A stretch of 64,000 nucleotides of DNA from an uncultured Hyphomicrobiales bacterium (GTDB lineage: Bacteria > Bacteroidota > Ignavibacteria > Kapaibacteriales > UBA2268): NCBI GenBank assembly GCA_964454445.1, contig CAYVTD010000008.1, forward strand, positions 3,517-67,516, given 5' to 3'. Positions 9,480-19,080 of the stretch are shown piece by piece. The notes beneath the pieces are model-generated. The model did not search any database. It was not told where the DNA came from and saw only the letters and a program-made list of their open reading frames with translations. Within the stretch, counting starts at the first letter, position 1. Each line of letters starts with the position of its first letter. The translations under genes were made by a program, and so were the position numbers.

Positions 9480-10048
9480 CTTCATATACAAATCGTTTAT
9501 AACAATATCACATCAAAAAACTCCCCCGATTTGCAAACCGATTGGGGTTTTGCTGCTTTCGTCGATTACGATGGAAAAAGAATCCTTTTTGATACTGATA
9601 ACGATGGCGATATTCTGCTGAAAAACATCAAAATATGAATTTGATTGCAATGAGCAAGCCACAAAACATTTGCAGCGATATTTATACAAGTGGCTCTCTT
9701 AAAGGCAAATACAAGGGAAAAGGCCTCTATGGACAAGCAATGTATATTGATACACCAAAAGGAATTATTATAATATCAGGTTGCTCGCACAGCGGCATTG
9801 AAAACATAGCACAGAGAGCCAAAAAACTCTTTCCTGACAAAAGCATTTTGCTCGTCTGCGGAGGTTGGCATCTAAGCTCAAAATCAGATGACGAAATAAA
9901 TGAAATTTGCAAAAACCTTAAATTGCTCGGTGTTGAAAAAGTTGCTCCCTCACATTGCACAGGAACAAAGCAAATAGCTAAGATAAAAAGTATCTTTAAA
10001 GAAGATTTTTTAGAACTATATCTTGGGGATTCCTATAAATCACAATAA
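9480..10048 (+). pseudogene. MBL-fold metallo-hydrolase, disrupted
   Basis: Frame 1: IQIVYNN...DWGFAAFVDYDGKRILFDT...LLKNIK. Frame 2: IIISGCSHSGI...GGWHL...PSHCTG. No start codon after the tRNA, a frameshift near 9635, and the HxHxDH segment is absent. Confidence 0.8.
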
Positions 10049-10055
10049 GTTGGAG

Positions 10056-11183
10056 TTAAAGAATTTCTCGTAGTTTTTTGTATTTTATTCCCCGTTGCAA
10101 CATATAATCGAAAACGAAATCGACACAATCTGGTTTTTTGCCAACGTACTCCGGCGGATTAATTCCTTTTTCTGTAAACAAGCTCTTTGCTACTAAATTT
10201 ACTGCAGAAGTGGCAGCATAGCCAGTTGTTCTTGCCATCGAATAAGTGTCAGTCTCAGGATTGTATTTGTCGAGCAAATCGTATGTATATTTAACATTTT
10301 CTCCATTTTCAACACCCTCAAAAATTATCCTCATCACAGTCAGTTCCTCTTCTTTTGGCTTGATTTTCCAAGCATCATATAAAAGATCCGAAATAAACTC
10401 ACGAGGCACAATCTTCATACCCCTGAAATCGCGCTCGTGCTCGCTGAAAAACCCTGCCGCCTTTAGTACTTTAATAATTTCAATATGGCCTGGATAGCGC
10501 AAAGTTTTTTCAATCATATTTGGTGCATCGATTGTCTTTATTATCGAGCGAAGACCATCTGTGTTGAATGCTTCCAAAGTGCCAACACCTTCGAAATACA
10601 TTAGTTCTGGCTCTGAGAGAGCCTCCTTGATTATTAATTTCCGGTTTTCTACATACCTTGCTGGTCTTGTGTATTCTTCAATGACATCGACAGGCGAAAA
10701 AGGTGCTTTGTATTCAAAGGGATAAACTCGTTCGGCAGGCAAGCCACCGACATAGCATTTGTAGGTATCTAACTTCATAGTGCTGCTGTGATGCCCCGCA
10801 AGCAAATTAGGCACACCCGGCGCAACACCAAAATCAACAATAGCCGTAACACTTTTGGATTTAGCGAGTTCGTCAAGCTCGAAGCAATCTTCTGGAAAAA
10901 AAGATATATCCACAATGTTTTTCCCGGCAGTAATCACTTCTCTTACAGTAGCAAAACCCATAAATCCAGGCACTGCACCTACAAATAAATCAAAATCTGC
11001 CGCTAACGAAGCGACCGCTCCTTTTTCTGCAAGATCTTTTTTGACTGTCTTAATTTCTTTTTCAGCGAGCAAAGCAAGATTTTGGTCATTATAATCAAAA
11101 GATGTAACATCATAATCTTTCGACAAATCTATTGCCATAGCCCGGCCAACGAGACCTGCCCCAAGCACTGCGATTTTTATCAT
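10056..11183 (-). CDS. Saccharopine dehydrogenase family protein
   Basis: GAGLVG Rossmann motif, DFGVAPG, YVGGLP, FNTDGLRS, KTLRYPGH, MARTTGY. Confidence 0.88.
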   Translation of the reverse strand: MIKIAVLGAGLVGRAMAIDLSKDYDVTSFDYNDQNLALLAEKEIKTVKKDLAEKGAVASLAADFDLFVGAVPGFMGFATVREVITAGKNIVDISFFPEDCFELDELAKSKSVTAIVDFGVAPGVPNLLAGHHSSTMKLDTYKCYVGGLPAERVYPFEYKAPFSPVDVIEEYTRPARYVENRKLIIKEALSEPELMYFEGVGTLEAFNTDGLRSIIKTIDAPNMIEKTLRYPGHIEIIKVLKAAGFFSEHERDFRGMKIVPREFISDLLYDAWKIKPKEEELTVMRIIFEGVENGENVKYTYDLLDKYNPETDTYSMARTTGYAATSAVNLVAKSLFTEKGINPPEYVGKKPDCVDFVFDYMLQRGIKYKKLREIL

Positions 11184-11256
11184 CTGCTATCCTTTTTAAA
11201 TTATTGTTTAATTGATAATTAGATACTAACCAATCAGATGGTTGTATAAAGCGTTT

Positions 11257-12564
11257 TTAATTAAAAATGTCTATTTCTGGATTGTCAGAATGAAAGTCGA
11301 TTAGCTCCATTTTCAACAAATCACAACTAGTTTTCTTGTCATAAACATAAAACTTCATTTCCGAAGTATCAACAAGCGAAATCGTTTTAGAAAGGGATTC
11401 ATCAATCTCGTCAATTTCTTCAAATCCTTCTAAATCCTCGAAAACCTGAGCTTTTTCGAGACTGTCAAGTTCCTGAAAATCAGTTGTTTCCTCACTTTCT
11501 TCCATTTCTTCAAATTCGCTAATATCATCAATATTCTCTAAATTGCCTGTTTCATAAGTTTCTTCCAACTTAGTTTCTTCTTCTGAAATAGCAAACTCAA
11601 GATCTGGTTGCGCCTCAATAATTTCTGGATAATCAACAATAACCTGTTCTGGTTCGGCTAATTTTGGAGAGACAAGAATCTCAGGCTCTGGTTCAACGGG
11701 TTGCACTTCGGGGATTAAACTTGTCTCTTCTATAGTTGTTGAAATATCATCAACGTTGTCATAATCTGGATCAATTTCGTTATCCTGCTCAACTGCAATA
11801 ATATCTTCTTCTTCTCGCAAATTAGTATCTTCGGTAACTTCATCAGGAAAATCAACAGAATCTGCCTCTTTTATTTGCTCATTTTCAGATAATTCCGATA
11901 TTATTGTTATAATTTCATCTATGCTAAGCATCTCTTGTTGATGAGAAATCTCATAGAATTTTTTGGCGAGAAGATACATTCGACGGTCGTCGAAAAAAAT
12001 AGCCATTGCCATTGCAGGTATTAATCCGTCTTGTGCAAAATATTCGGCAAGAACTCCTAAATTTCGCTTAAATTCTGAAGTATTTAGCGATTTAAAATAG
12101 TTACACTCAATGGACAGTTGTACTTTTTCAAATTGCTTGAAAGATATTGCAAAATCACTTTCATCAGTTTGATTAATTATTTCTAAATTATCTTCCAATT
12201 CAACTCGACACATGCAGTATTTATCAAAAATGGATAGTATTTGCTTTATGTAAGAAAACTTAACAAACTCATTATTTTTAAAGATGAAATATCTTACTGT
12301 CGTTGCGGGCCTAATCAAAAAATTAAGCTCGAGAGCCGAGCAAGCTTCAAAAAATTTTGTTATCTCTACGCTATTAATAAGCCTGTCGGGAGTTTCGCTG
12401 AATTTGTTTTGAAAATATTGTTTTTGGAAACTTGTTAACTCATTGCAATTTAACAACTCGGCAACACATGTGTCGTTCTGTGAAAAACCTGTTTTTTCGA
12501 TGGCTATCTTGCTTTTTTTGCTAATAATATCTTCAAACATAAATTTGTTTTTGCTGTTGGACAT
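11257..12564 (-). CDS. Hypothetical protein with very acidic, low-complexity C-terminal half
   Basis: 435-aa ORF. The N-half includes FLIRPATTVRYFIF; the C-half is D/E-rich. Confidence 0.7.
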   Translation of the reverse strand: MSNSKNKFMFEDIISKKSKIAIEKTGFSQNDTCVAELLNCNELTSFQKQYFQNKFSETPDRLINSVEITKFFEACSALELNFLIRPATTVRYFIFKNNEFVKFSYIKQILSIFDKYCMCRVELEDNLEIINQTDESDFAISFKQFEKVQLSIECNYFKSLNTSEFKRNLGVLAEYFAQDGLIPAMAMAIFFDDRRMYLLAKKFYEISHQQEMLSIDEIITIISELSENEQIKEADSVDFPDEVTEDTNLREEEDIIAVEQDNEIDPDYDNVDDISTTIEETSLIPEVQPVEPEPEILVSPKLAEPEQVIVDYPEIIEAQPDLEFAISEEETKLEETYETGNLENIDDISEFEEMEESEETTDFQELDSLEKAQVFEDLEGFEEIDEIDESLSKTISLVDTSEMKFYVYDKKTSCDLLKMELIDFHSDNPEIDIFN

Positions 12565-12676
12565 TTACGAAAAATTGAAAAATATAAAATTTATTTATGA
12601 AAAAAAACTAAAGTTTTTTATATTTGCGTCGATAATTGCAGTATAGTGTATTAAAACATAAAAACAGGGGCAGACA

Positions 12677-12907
12677 ATGACCATAGACACAATAAAAAAT
12701 CAAGAGTATTACACCAACATTAGGCCTCCTGTGTCCGTCCAAAACGATATTGCAGGTGAAATGCTAAAAGAATCTACTGGGCAAGGGCAATCGAGCTATC
12801 AAAAGCAATTATTACAAATTTTAGCAAGCGCTCAGCCACAACAGCAGATTCAAGACACCTTTCAAAAACAAATGGACCAAAAAGGCAGTTTCGAAGTTTT
12901 GGTTTAA
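12677..12907 (+). CDS. Small Gln-rich hypothetical protein
   Basis: ATG preceded by CAGGGG and by TATATTTG (12619-12626); 76 aa. Confidence 0.55.
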   Translation: MTIDTIKNQEYYTNIRPPVSVQNDIAGEMLKESTGQGQSSYQKQLLQILASAQPQQQIQDTFQKQMDQKGSFEVLV

Positions 12908-13109
12908 CAACTCAAGAAATATAATATTTGTCTTTTTTGTCAAAACATACATTTTTTTGACCTATTAAGGTATTGTATTTCTTGGAATTGACTATTTGCT
13001 TCCAATCTCTTTCAACAAACCCTCAAACATTTACTGCATCAAGCAACTCACACAATTTTATAATACTATTCGTCTAAATTTTTTTAATAAGCCAATCTTA
13101 TTGCTTTTA

Positions 13110-15071
13110 ATGAAAAAAATTACCTTTTATATAATTATTATTTTTTTACAATCAAGCGTTACTGCATTATGCGGTTTTGTTTCTGCTAATTCCGAAAAAA
13201 CAGAAGTATCAAACGATTCTGTTTCATACATATTCCCCGAAATAAATGTAAATGCTGACAGAATATTAAGTAATAGCGCAATACGGTTTTCGCCAAATTC
13301 AGTAATAAATTCAGAAAAAATCGAGAAATCGGCTGCGTTGCAAGCAAGCGAAATTTTAAATAGCATTCCAGGAATGTATATCAAAGATTATGGTGGATTG
13401 AGCGGCTTAAAAACGATTAGTTTGCGGGGAACATCAGCCCAGCAGACATTAGTAATGCTTGATGGAATGAGATTAAACTCGATGCAAAATAATATTTCTG
13501 ACATCGGATTACTCCCAATTTCCGTTTTAGAAGATATCGAAGTAGTAAAAGGAGGTTCCTCCGGCATTTTCGGGGGCAATGCGATTGGAGGCGTCATTAA
13601 TTTCAGAACAAAAACTAGTAATTTCAAGGATAAAATAAATCTTCGAATTGGCTATGGCTCTTTCGACGAGAAAATCATAGCCCTTAATACAGAAAAAAAA
13701 TTCGATTCTTCGGCAGTTTTTTTTACATATCAATATCTTGCTTCAGATGGAAATTATCCCTTTGCTATCAATCAATTTGGCAAAACTGAAGAGTTACTTC
13801 GAAAAAACAGTGATTTCCTTTCCCACAGCTTTTCCGCTGCTTTTGCAGATAAAAGAAACGGTTGGACAAGGTCGGCGACTCTGCTCGGCTCTTCATCTGA
13901 AAGAGGGGTGCCAGGACCTGCAGTCAAAAACAATTATTACTCCATTGCAAGGGCAGAACAAAACAATGTTAATTTAATAATAAGCATAAAAAAGCAGATA
14001 AATGACAACAATTCATTCTTTTTAGGGTTTATGACCAACCTCGATCAATACGAATATAATGATCCTTATGGCAGAGCAGAAGGGATGGACGATATTTTTA
14101 TAAACAGGGGATTGCAAGCGAAAATAGCTTATAACTGTAATACTTACGGCAACGATATAAATCTTTTTATTGAGCCTGCATACTCCGAGCTAAATGGCGA
14201 TATGATGAAGAGCAACAAAAGGGGATATGTAAATAGAAAATCTCTGGGTGCTTCGCTACAATTAGAACGAAATATTTTTCAAAATGAGGTAATAGATCTT
14301 TCTCTGCTTTCGGCATTAAGATTAGATGCCATTTCTGATATAAAAGGAGCAATTTCCCCTTTATTCGGTTTGATGACTGTCTTGAATGAATGGAATTTGA
14401 CATTAAAAACACAGTATTCTTACAATTTCCGAGCGCCGAGTTTCAACGAGATGTATTATTACAACTTCGGCTCGAAAGATCTTGAGCCAGAGCGAGCACA
14501 TTCATTTAATATTGGTGCTGCCTGGTTCGCTACCGATGGCTTGCATATCGAAGGCAATCTGTTTTCAATACTTACAGAAAAGCAAATTGCCGCATATCCC
14601 ACAAGACCAGATGTATGGACAGCCATTAACATTGGCAAAGTATTTACAAGAGGAGCAGAGCTAAACGTTTCTGCCTCGTTTTTTTCTAATTCATTGAATT
14701 TTTGGCTTTCATACACTCGACAACTTGCCACCGACGAAACCAAAGGCTCTCTGACAAAAAGTAAAGTAATTCCTTATATTCCCGAGGAATTGTTTTATTT
14801 GTCGGTAGATTATGATTTTCGATTTATGTCGGCAGAGCTTTCGTCGCAATATTCGAGTTATCGATATACTATGTCCGATAATTCGCTGAATTCGGTACTT
14901 CCTTCTTATTTTATAATTAATGCAGACATTTCAAAAGAAATTGATTTTAATTGGATGCGGCTCGTCCTTCGGCTTAAATCAAGGAATATTTTCGACAAGC
15001 AATACGAGATTATTAGCAATTATCCAATGCCTGGAAGGGCTTGGATAATCGAGTTAGTTTCAAAAATATAA
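13110..15071 (+). CDS. TonB-dependent receptor, BtuB-like
   Basis: Plug motifs IPGMYIKDYGGLSGLKTISLRG, VMLDG, IEVVKGGSSGIFGGNAIGGVIN; RAPSFNEMY; NIFDKQYE...YPMPGR. ATG 13110 gives a signal peptide. Confidence 0.88.
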   Translation: MKKITFYIIIIFLQSSVTALCGFVSANSEKTEVSNDSVSYIFPEINVNADRILSNSAIRFSPNSVINSEKIEKSAALQASEILNSIPGMYIKDYGGLSGLKTISLRGTSAQQTLVMLDGMRLNSMQNNISDIGLLPISVLEDIEVVKGGSSGIFGGNAIGGVINFRTKTSNFKDKINLRIGYGSFDEKIIALNTEKKFDSSAVFFTYQYLASDGNYPFAINQFGKTEELLRKNSDFLSHSFSAAFADKRNGWTRSATLLGSSSERGVPGPAVKNNYYSIARAEQNNVNLIISIKKQINDNNSFFLGFMTNLDQYEYNDPYGRAEGMDDIFINRGLQAKIAYNCNTYGNDINLFIEPAYSELNGDMMKSNKRGYVNRKSLGASLQLERNIFQNEVIDLSLLSALRLDAISDIKGAISPLFGLMTVLNEWNLTLKTQYSYNFRAPSFNEMYYYNFGSKDLEPERAHSFNIGAAWFATDGLHIEGNLFSILTEKQIAAYPTRPDVWTAINIGKVFTRGAELNVSASFFSNSLNFWLSYTRQLATDETKGSLTKSKVIPYIPEELFYLSVDYDFRFMSAELSSQYSSYRYTMSDNSLNSVLPSYFIINADISKEIDFNWMRLVLRLKSRNIFDKQYEIISNYPMPGRAWIIELVSKI

Positions 15072-15087
15072 TTATGGAGATAATAAA

Positions 15088-15984
15088 ATGAGATATTTGA
15101 TATTTACAATACTATTTTTAAATTATTTTTACTTACAAACAGCAGTCGCTGACGTAACAATAGCAAACCAAGTCATTTCATTTATTCCCGGAAAAGGACA
15201 AAATGCCGGTCAGGAAGCAGAATACTTCCCAGAAAATATATTTACTTTGCCACCACAATCAGCAGGCAAGAATTTTCAGGCGTCTGATCCAAAAGATGTC
15301 TGTTCGATTGGGCTTGGAGGCAAAATCGTTCTTTTTTTTAAAGACGGATATGTAGTTGATGGTCCGGGAGTGGATATAACTGTTTTCGAGAATGCTTTTG
15401 TTAATCCTGTAACAAACAAGATATTTGCCGAGCCTGCCAAAGTGGCTGTAAGCGAAGATGGAATTGATTTTATCGAGTTTCCCTACGATTCGCTTACTCT
15501 TGATGGCTGTGCCGGTGTTCATTGGGTAAACGGCAAAGGCAATCCGTTTAATCCCGAAGAAAGCGGCGGCGATCAGTTCGATCTTGCTTCGATTGGTGTG
15601 CAAAGAATTAGGTATATAAAAATAACTGATATATGTCAATCTGTGCTGGATAACAAACAACATCCATATTACGACCCGATTATTAGCGGTTTCGATCTTG
15701 ATTGTGTGGTTGGTTTACATTTGCTACCAGTATCTGATATAGATGAAAATCCAGATACAGAATACCGTTTAAGCAGCATATCCAATCAATTTTCTATTCA
15801 TTTTTTTAATGATAATAGTAATAAAAGTATTGAAATCTATAATATAATTGGCAACAGGATCTATGAAGGCAAATTTAATAGCTTCTTCCACTTTAATTTA
15901 GAAAACTATCAACAGGGATTATATTTTATTAATATAATATATAAAAACAATATGTTACGAAAGAAAATACTAATTACTCGATAA
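15088..15984 (+). CDS. Secreted cell-surface protein with T9SS type-A C-terminal sorting domain
   Basis: Signal peptide; SIGLGGKIVLFF...DGPGVDITVFENAF...EPAKVAVSEDG...GGDQFDL...GFDLD; CTD SIEIYNIIGNRIY...GLYFINI...KKILI. Confidence 0.75.
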   Translation: MRYLIFTILFLNYFYLQTAVADVTIANQVISFIPGKGQNAGQEAEYFPENIFTLPPQSAGKNFQASDPKDVCSIGLGGKIVLFFKDGYVVDGPGVDITVFENAFVNPVTNKIFAEPAKVAVSEDGIDFIEFPYDSLTLDGCAGVHWVNGKGNPFNPEESGGDQFDLASIGVQRIRYIKITDICQSVLDNKQHPYYDPIISGFDLDCVVGLHLLPVSDIDENPDTEYRLSSISNQFSIHFFNDNSNKSIEIYNIIGNRIYEGKFNSFFHFNLENYQQGLYFINIIYKNNMLRKKILITR

Positions 15985-16033
15985 AAAAACATTAAATTGC
16001 AAGAAACGGCTTTGACACTATAAAAAATCTGTA

Positions 16034-17149
16034 ATGAATTTGACTGCACAATGGAAACCTGAGGAATTATTATCTGTCTATGCAAGTAAAGGCATCGATT
16101 CTGATGCTTTGTTTACAATAGCCAATAATTACAATAGTTTTGACGAGTTCTTGGAAGGGAAGAATATGCCGACGAAACTATCGCGTTTGTTTGGTAAAAA
16201 TCAGATTTTTCCTCAAGATGGCTTTGATAAGATAGATAAAGGAAACAAACAAATCGGACAATCCCAAAAAGATAATGTATCTATAATAAGCTATTGGGAC
16301 AAAGAATATCCGTTACTATTAAAAGAAATAGCCAATCCACCCGCATTTTTATTTGTTAAAGGGCAATTGCAAGCAAACGACAGCGAATCATTTTCAATAG
16401 TAGGCACCCGGCAATGCTCGCAATATGGTAAAATAACAGCCAACCGGTTTTCAGAGTACTTCGCAGCAAGAGGTGTCATCATTACAAGCGGTCTCGCGTA
16501 TGGAATCGATACTCAATCGCATTTGGGAGCAATTAAAGCTGGAGGCATAACTTATGCAGTTCTCGGGGGTGGCCTTGACAATTTATATCCAGCAGGCGCT
16601 GACAAATTTGTTAATAAGATTGTCGATTCCGGTGGTGCTGTCATTACCGAATATCCTTACGGCACGAAACCATTTCAGCCGTATTTCCTGCAAAGAAACA
16701 GGATTATTAGCGGGATAAGCAGAGTTTTACTCGTCGTAGAAAGTGGCATAAAAGGTGGCTCTATGAACACAGCAGCACACGCTTTCGACCAAAAGCGAGA
16801 AGTTTTTGCTGTTCCCGGCAAGATTGATTCAGAAAAAAGCACTGGCACTAACTTACTTATTAAGAAAAACATTGCAAGCATCGCCATCTCGCCTGAAGAA
16901 GTCTTCAAGGAAATGAACTACAGATCGCAAAATATGGACTTATTTAACGAAAAAGTTGAAAACTTGCATTTCGACGAGACGGAAACAATAATTATGAATT
17001 TCTTGAGTTTGGAACCAAAACATATCGATGAGCTATGTGAAGCAAGCGGGCTATCAATGTCGGTTTTACTTGTGAAATTGTTAAGCCTCGAGTTCTCCGG
17101 TGCTGTCAGCCAATTACCAGGGAAGTACTTTATAAAAATTAACAAGTAA
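16034..17149 (+). CDS. dprA: DNA-processing protein DprA
   Basis: YPLLLKEI, IVGTR, ITSGLAYGID, RNRIISG, VFAVPG, C-terminal winged helix (LLSLEFSGAVSQLPG). Confidence 0.95.
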   Translation: MNLTAQWKPEELLSVYASKGIDSDALFTIANNYNSFDEFLEGKNMPTKLSRLFGKNQIFPQDGFDKIDKGNKQIGQSQKDNVSIISYWDKEYPLLLKEIANPPAFLFVKGQLQANDSESFSIVGTRQCSQYGKITANRFSEYFAARGVIITSGLAYGIDTQSHLGAIKAGGITYAVLGGGLDNLYPAGADKFVNKIVDSGGAVITEYPYGTKPFQPYFLQRNRIISGISRVLLVVESGIKGGSMNTAAHAFDQKREVFAVPGKIDSEKSTGTNLLIKKNIASIAISPEEVFKEMNYRSQNMDLFNEKVENLHFDETETIIMNFLSLEPKHIDELCEASGLSMSVLLVKLLSLEFSGAVSQLPGKYFIKINK

Positions 17150-17171
17150 AACAGCTGCTGCTAGTTGTAAT

Positions 17172-17216
17172 TAAAAAGAAACCGCTATGCGATAAACATA
17201 TAATTATTGCATAGCG
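17172..17216 (-). terminator. Intrinsic terminator between convergent dprA and rplY
   Basis: 13-bp stem CGCTATGCGATAA (17183-17195) / TTATTGCATAGCG (17204-17216), followed on the minus strand by GTTTCTTTTT. Confidence 0.7.
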
Positions 17217-17251
17217 ATAAATGATGTGGAAAAAATCTTTAGAAATAATTT

Positions 17252-17875
17252 TTACTCTTTTTTGCTTGGCGCTTCTTCAGTAGCTGTCTTGATAACTCTT
17301 GGAGGCACTATCGACACGACAACTGCATCGGGCTGAGCATTTATTTTTACATTTTCTATTTCGAGGTCTTTCACATAAATAGCATGTCCAATTTTCAGAC
17401 TGCTAATATCCACTTCGATAGAATTAGGCAAATCCTTGGGCAAGCAATCGATATTAACTTTTAGGAGAGTATGCTGAAGGATACCGCCATCCCTGACGCC
17501 AATAGCACTACCTTTTAATGTGATTGGCACTTCAAAAGACATGGTAAAGCCGCGTCTAATGCCGAGTAGGTCAAAATGCTTAATACTATCGGTAACTGGA
17601 TCGAATGTAACTTCTTTTAAAATACATTCACGAACATTTTCCTCACCTTCAATGTGAAGATCGATGATTTGCATTTCAGATGTATAGACAACGTCTCTCA
17701 GTGCAATTGGTGTCGCTATTATTGGTATGGAAACCACCTTTACATCATTTTGAGCTTCTTTTTCGCTGACTTCTTTAAAATAAAAGACTCCCGGCACTTT
17801 GTCATCGCTCCTGTATCTTTTGGAAACTTGTTTACCGGTTTCGCGTTTTTGCACCTGTAATTGGATCTGGTTCAT
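17252..17875 (-). CDS. rplY: 50S ribosomal protein L25/Ctc
   Basis: VPGVFY, KEVTFDPVTDSIKHFD, GVRDGGILQH, CLPKDLP, IEVDISSL; follows prs. Confidence 0.95.
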   Translation of the reverse strand: MNQIQLQVQKRETGKQVSKRYRSDDKVPGVFYFKEVSEKEAQNDVKVVSIPIIATPIALRDVVYTSEMQIIDLHIEGEENVRECILKEVTFDPVTDSIKHFDLLGIRRGFTMSFEVPITLKGSAIGVRDGGILQHTLLKVNIDCLPKDLPNSIEVDISSLKIGHAIYVKDLEIENVKINAQPDAVVVSIVPPRVIKTATEEAPSKKE

Positions 17876-17916
17876 CTTATTTTTAACCTTTGAAAAAAGT
17901 ATATATGAAAATAATA

Positions 17917-18855
17917 TTATCTTGCTATTTCAAATAAAGAACTAATCGAGCGGTTGTCGTGAGTTCTAATAATAGACTCTGCTAACAATTCACTAACGGA
18001 AATGACTTCAATTTTCGGGTGTTCTGCAAGCAAAGGGATAGTATCTGTAACGAATAATTTTGTTAATGCTTCGCATGCGATAATATTTTCTAAGGCATTG
18101 CCAGAAAAGACTGGATGCACACATACACCAATAATACTTTTGGCACCGCCATCTTTTAGCGCTTGAGCACAATTTAAAAAAGTAGTTCCCGTATCAATCA
18201 TATCATCGATGATAAGCATATTCTTGTCTTTTATATCACCGATGATGTTTAGGATCACTGCTTTATTGTGTGCAGGTCTTCTTTTATCGACAAGCACTAG
18301 CTCGCCTCCAATACGTTTTGCATAAGCTCTTGCAGTTTTAGCACCGCCTAAATCTGGCGATACAACGGCAATATCTTTCAATCCAAGCAGATTAATGGTT
18401 CGCAACAAAACAGGCGAGGCATACAAGTGGTCTAAAGGTATATCGAAAAAGCCTTGAATCTGACTCGAATGCAGGTCTATCGTTATTATTCTGTCGGCAC
18501 CAGCTCTGCTCAGCAGGTTTGCTACAAGTTTTGCCGTAATAGAAACCCGTGGCTGATCTTTTCTATCTTGTCTAGCATAACCAAAATAGGGGATGACTGC
18601 TGCTACCTTTCTGGCAGAAGCTCTTTTCGCGGCATCGATTAAAATTAGAAGTTCCATTAGGTTATCTGCTGGAGCAAAAGTAGATTGCAATATAAACAAC
18701 TCATCGCCGCGAATATTGTCTTCGTATTTTGCCCAGATTTCACCATCAGAGAAATTATGGATTGCTACTGGGGAGAGTTCTATTCCGAGCTTTTCAGCTA
18801 CTTTTTGTGCTAGCTTCAGGTTGGATCGCCCACTTGCTATTTTAAACTCAGCCAT
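17917..18855 (-). CDS. prs: Ribose-phosphate pyrophosphokinase
   Basis: FSDGE, NLMELL, PYFGYARQDRK, DLHSSQIQGFF, VSPDLGG, DDMIDTGTT. Confidence 0.97.
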   Translation of the reverse strand: MAEFKIASGRSNLKLAQKVAEKLGIELSPVAIHNFSDGEIWAKYEDNIRGDELFILQSTFAPADNLMELLILIDAAKRASARKVAAVIPYFGYARQDRKDQPRVSITAKLVANLLSRAGADRIITIDLHSSQIQGFFDIPLDHLYASPVLLRTINLLGLKDIAVVSPDLGGAKTARAYAKRIGGELVLVDKRRPAHNKAVILNIIGDIKDKNMLIIDDMIDTGTTFLNCAQALKDGGAKSIIGVCVHPVFSGNALENIIACEALTKLFVTDTIPLLAEHPKIEVISVSELLAESIIRTHDNRSISSLFEIAR

Positions 18856-18889
18856 TACCCTGCAGAATTAATAATTGAAACAAAAGACG

Positions 18890-18961
18890 CTGGGATGGCA
18901 GGATTCGAACCTGCGAATGTCGCCTCCAAAGGGCGATGCCTTACCACTTGGCTACATCCCA
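18890..18961 (-). tRNA. tRNA-Gln(TTG)
   Basis: Reverse complement TGGGATG...GCCAAGTGGTAAGGC...TCGCC-CT TTG GA-GGCGA...GCAGGTTCGAATCCTGC-CATCCCA. Sits in the conserved position upstream of prs. Confidence 0.97.
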
Positions 18962-18982
18962 ATCCGGATATTTTAAGAACTA

Positions 18983-19013
18983 CAAAATTACGAATAAAAT
19001 TATGATTTACAAA
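18983..19013 (-). promoter_or_regulatory. Bacteroidota-type housekeeping promoter for tRNA-Gln-prs-rplY
   Basis: Minus strand TTTG (19013-19010), N19, TAATTTTG (18990-18983); exact -33/-7 consensus. Confidence 0.7.
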
Positions 19014-19080
19014 TTATTTTTTAATAAAATGTTTTCTTTAATTTATTCAATTCGATGTGTAATACATACTGTATATTTTT

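Noticed and set aside
12908-13110. Cobalamin riboswitch upstream of the BtuB-like gene
   Set aside because: No B12-box or GGGAA-type conserved elements are visible; the region is short and AT-rich.
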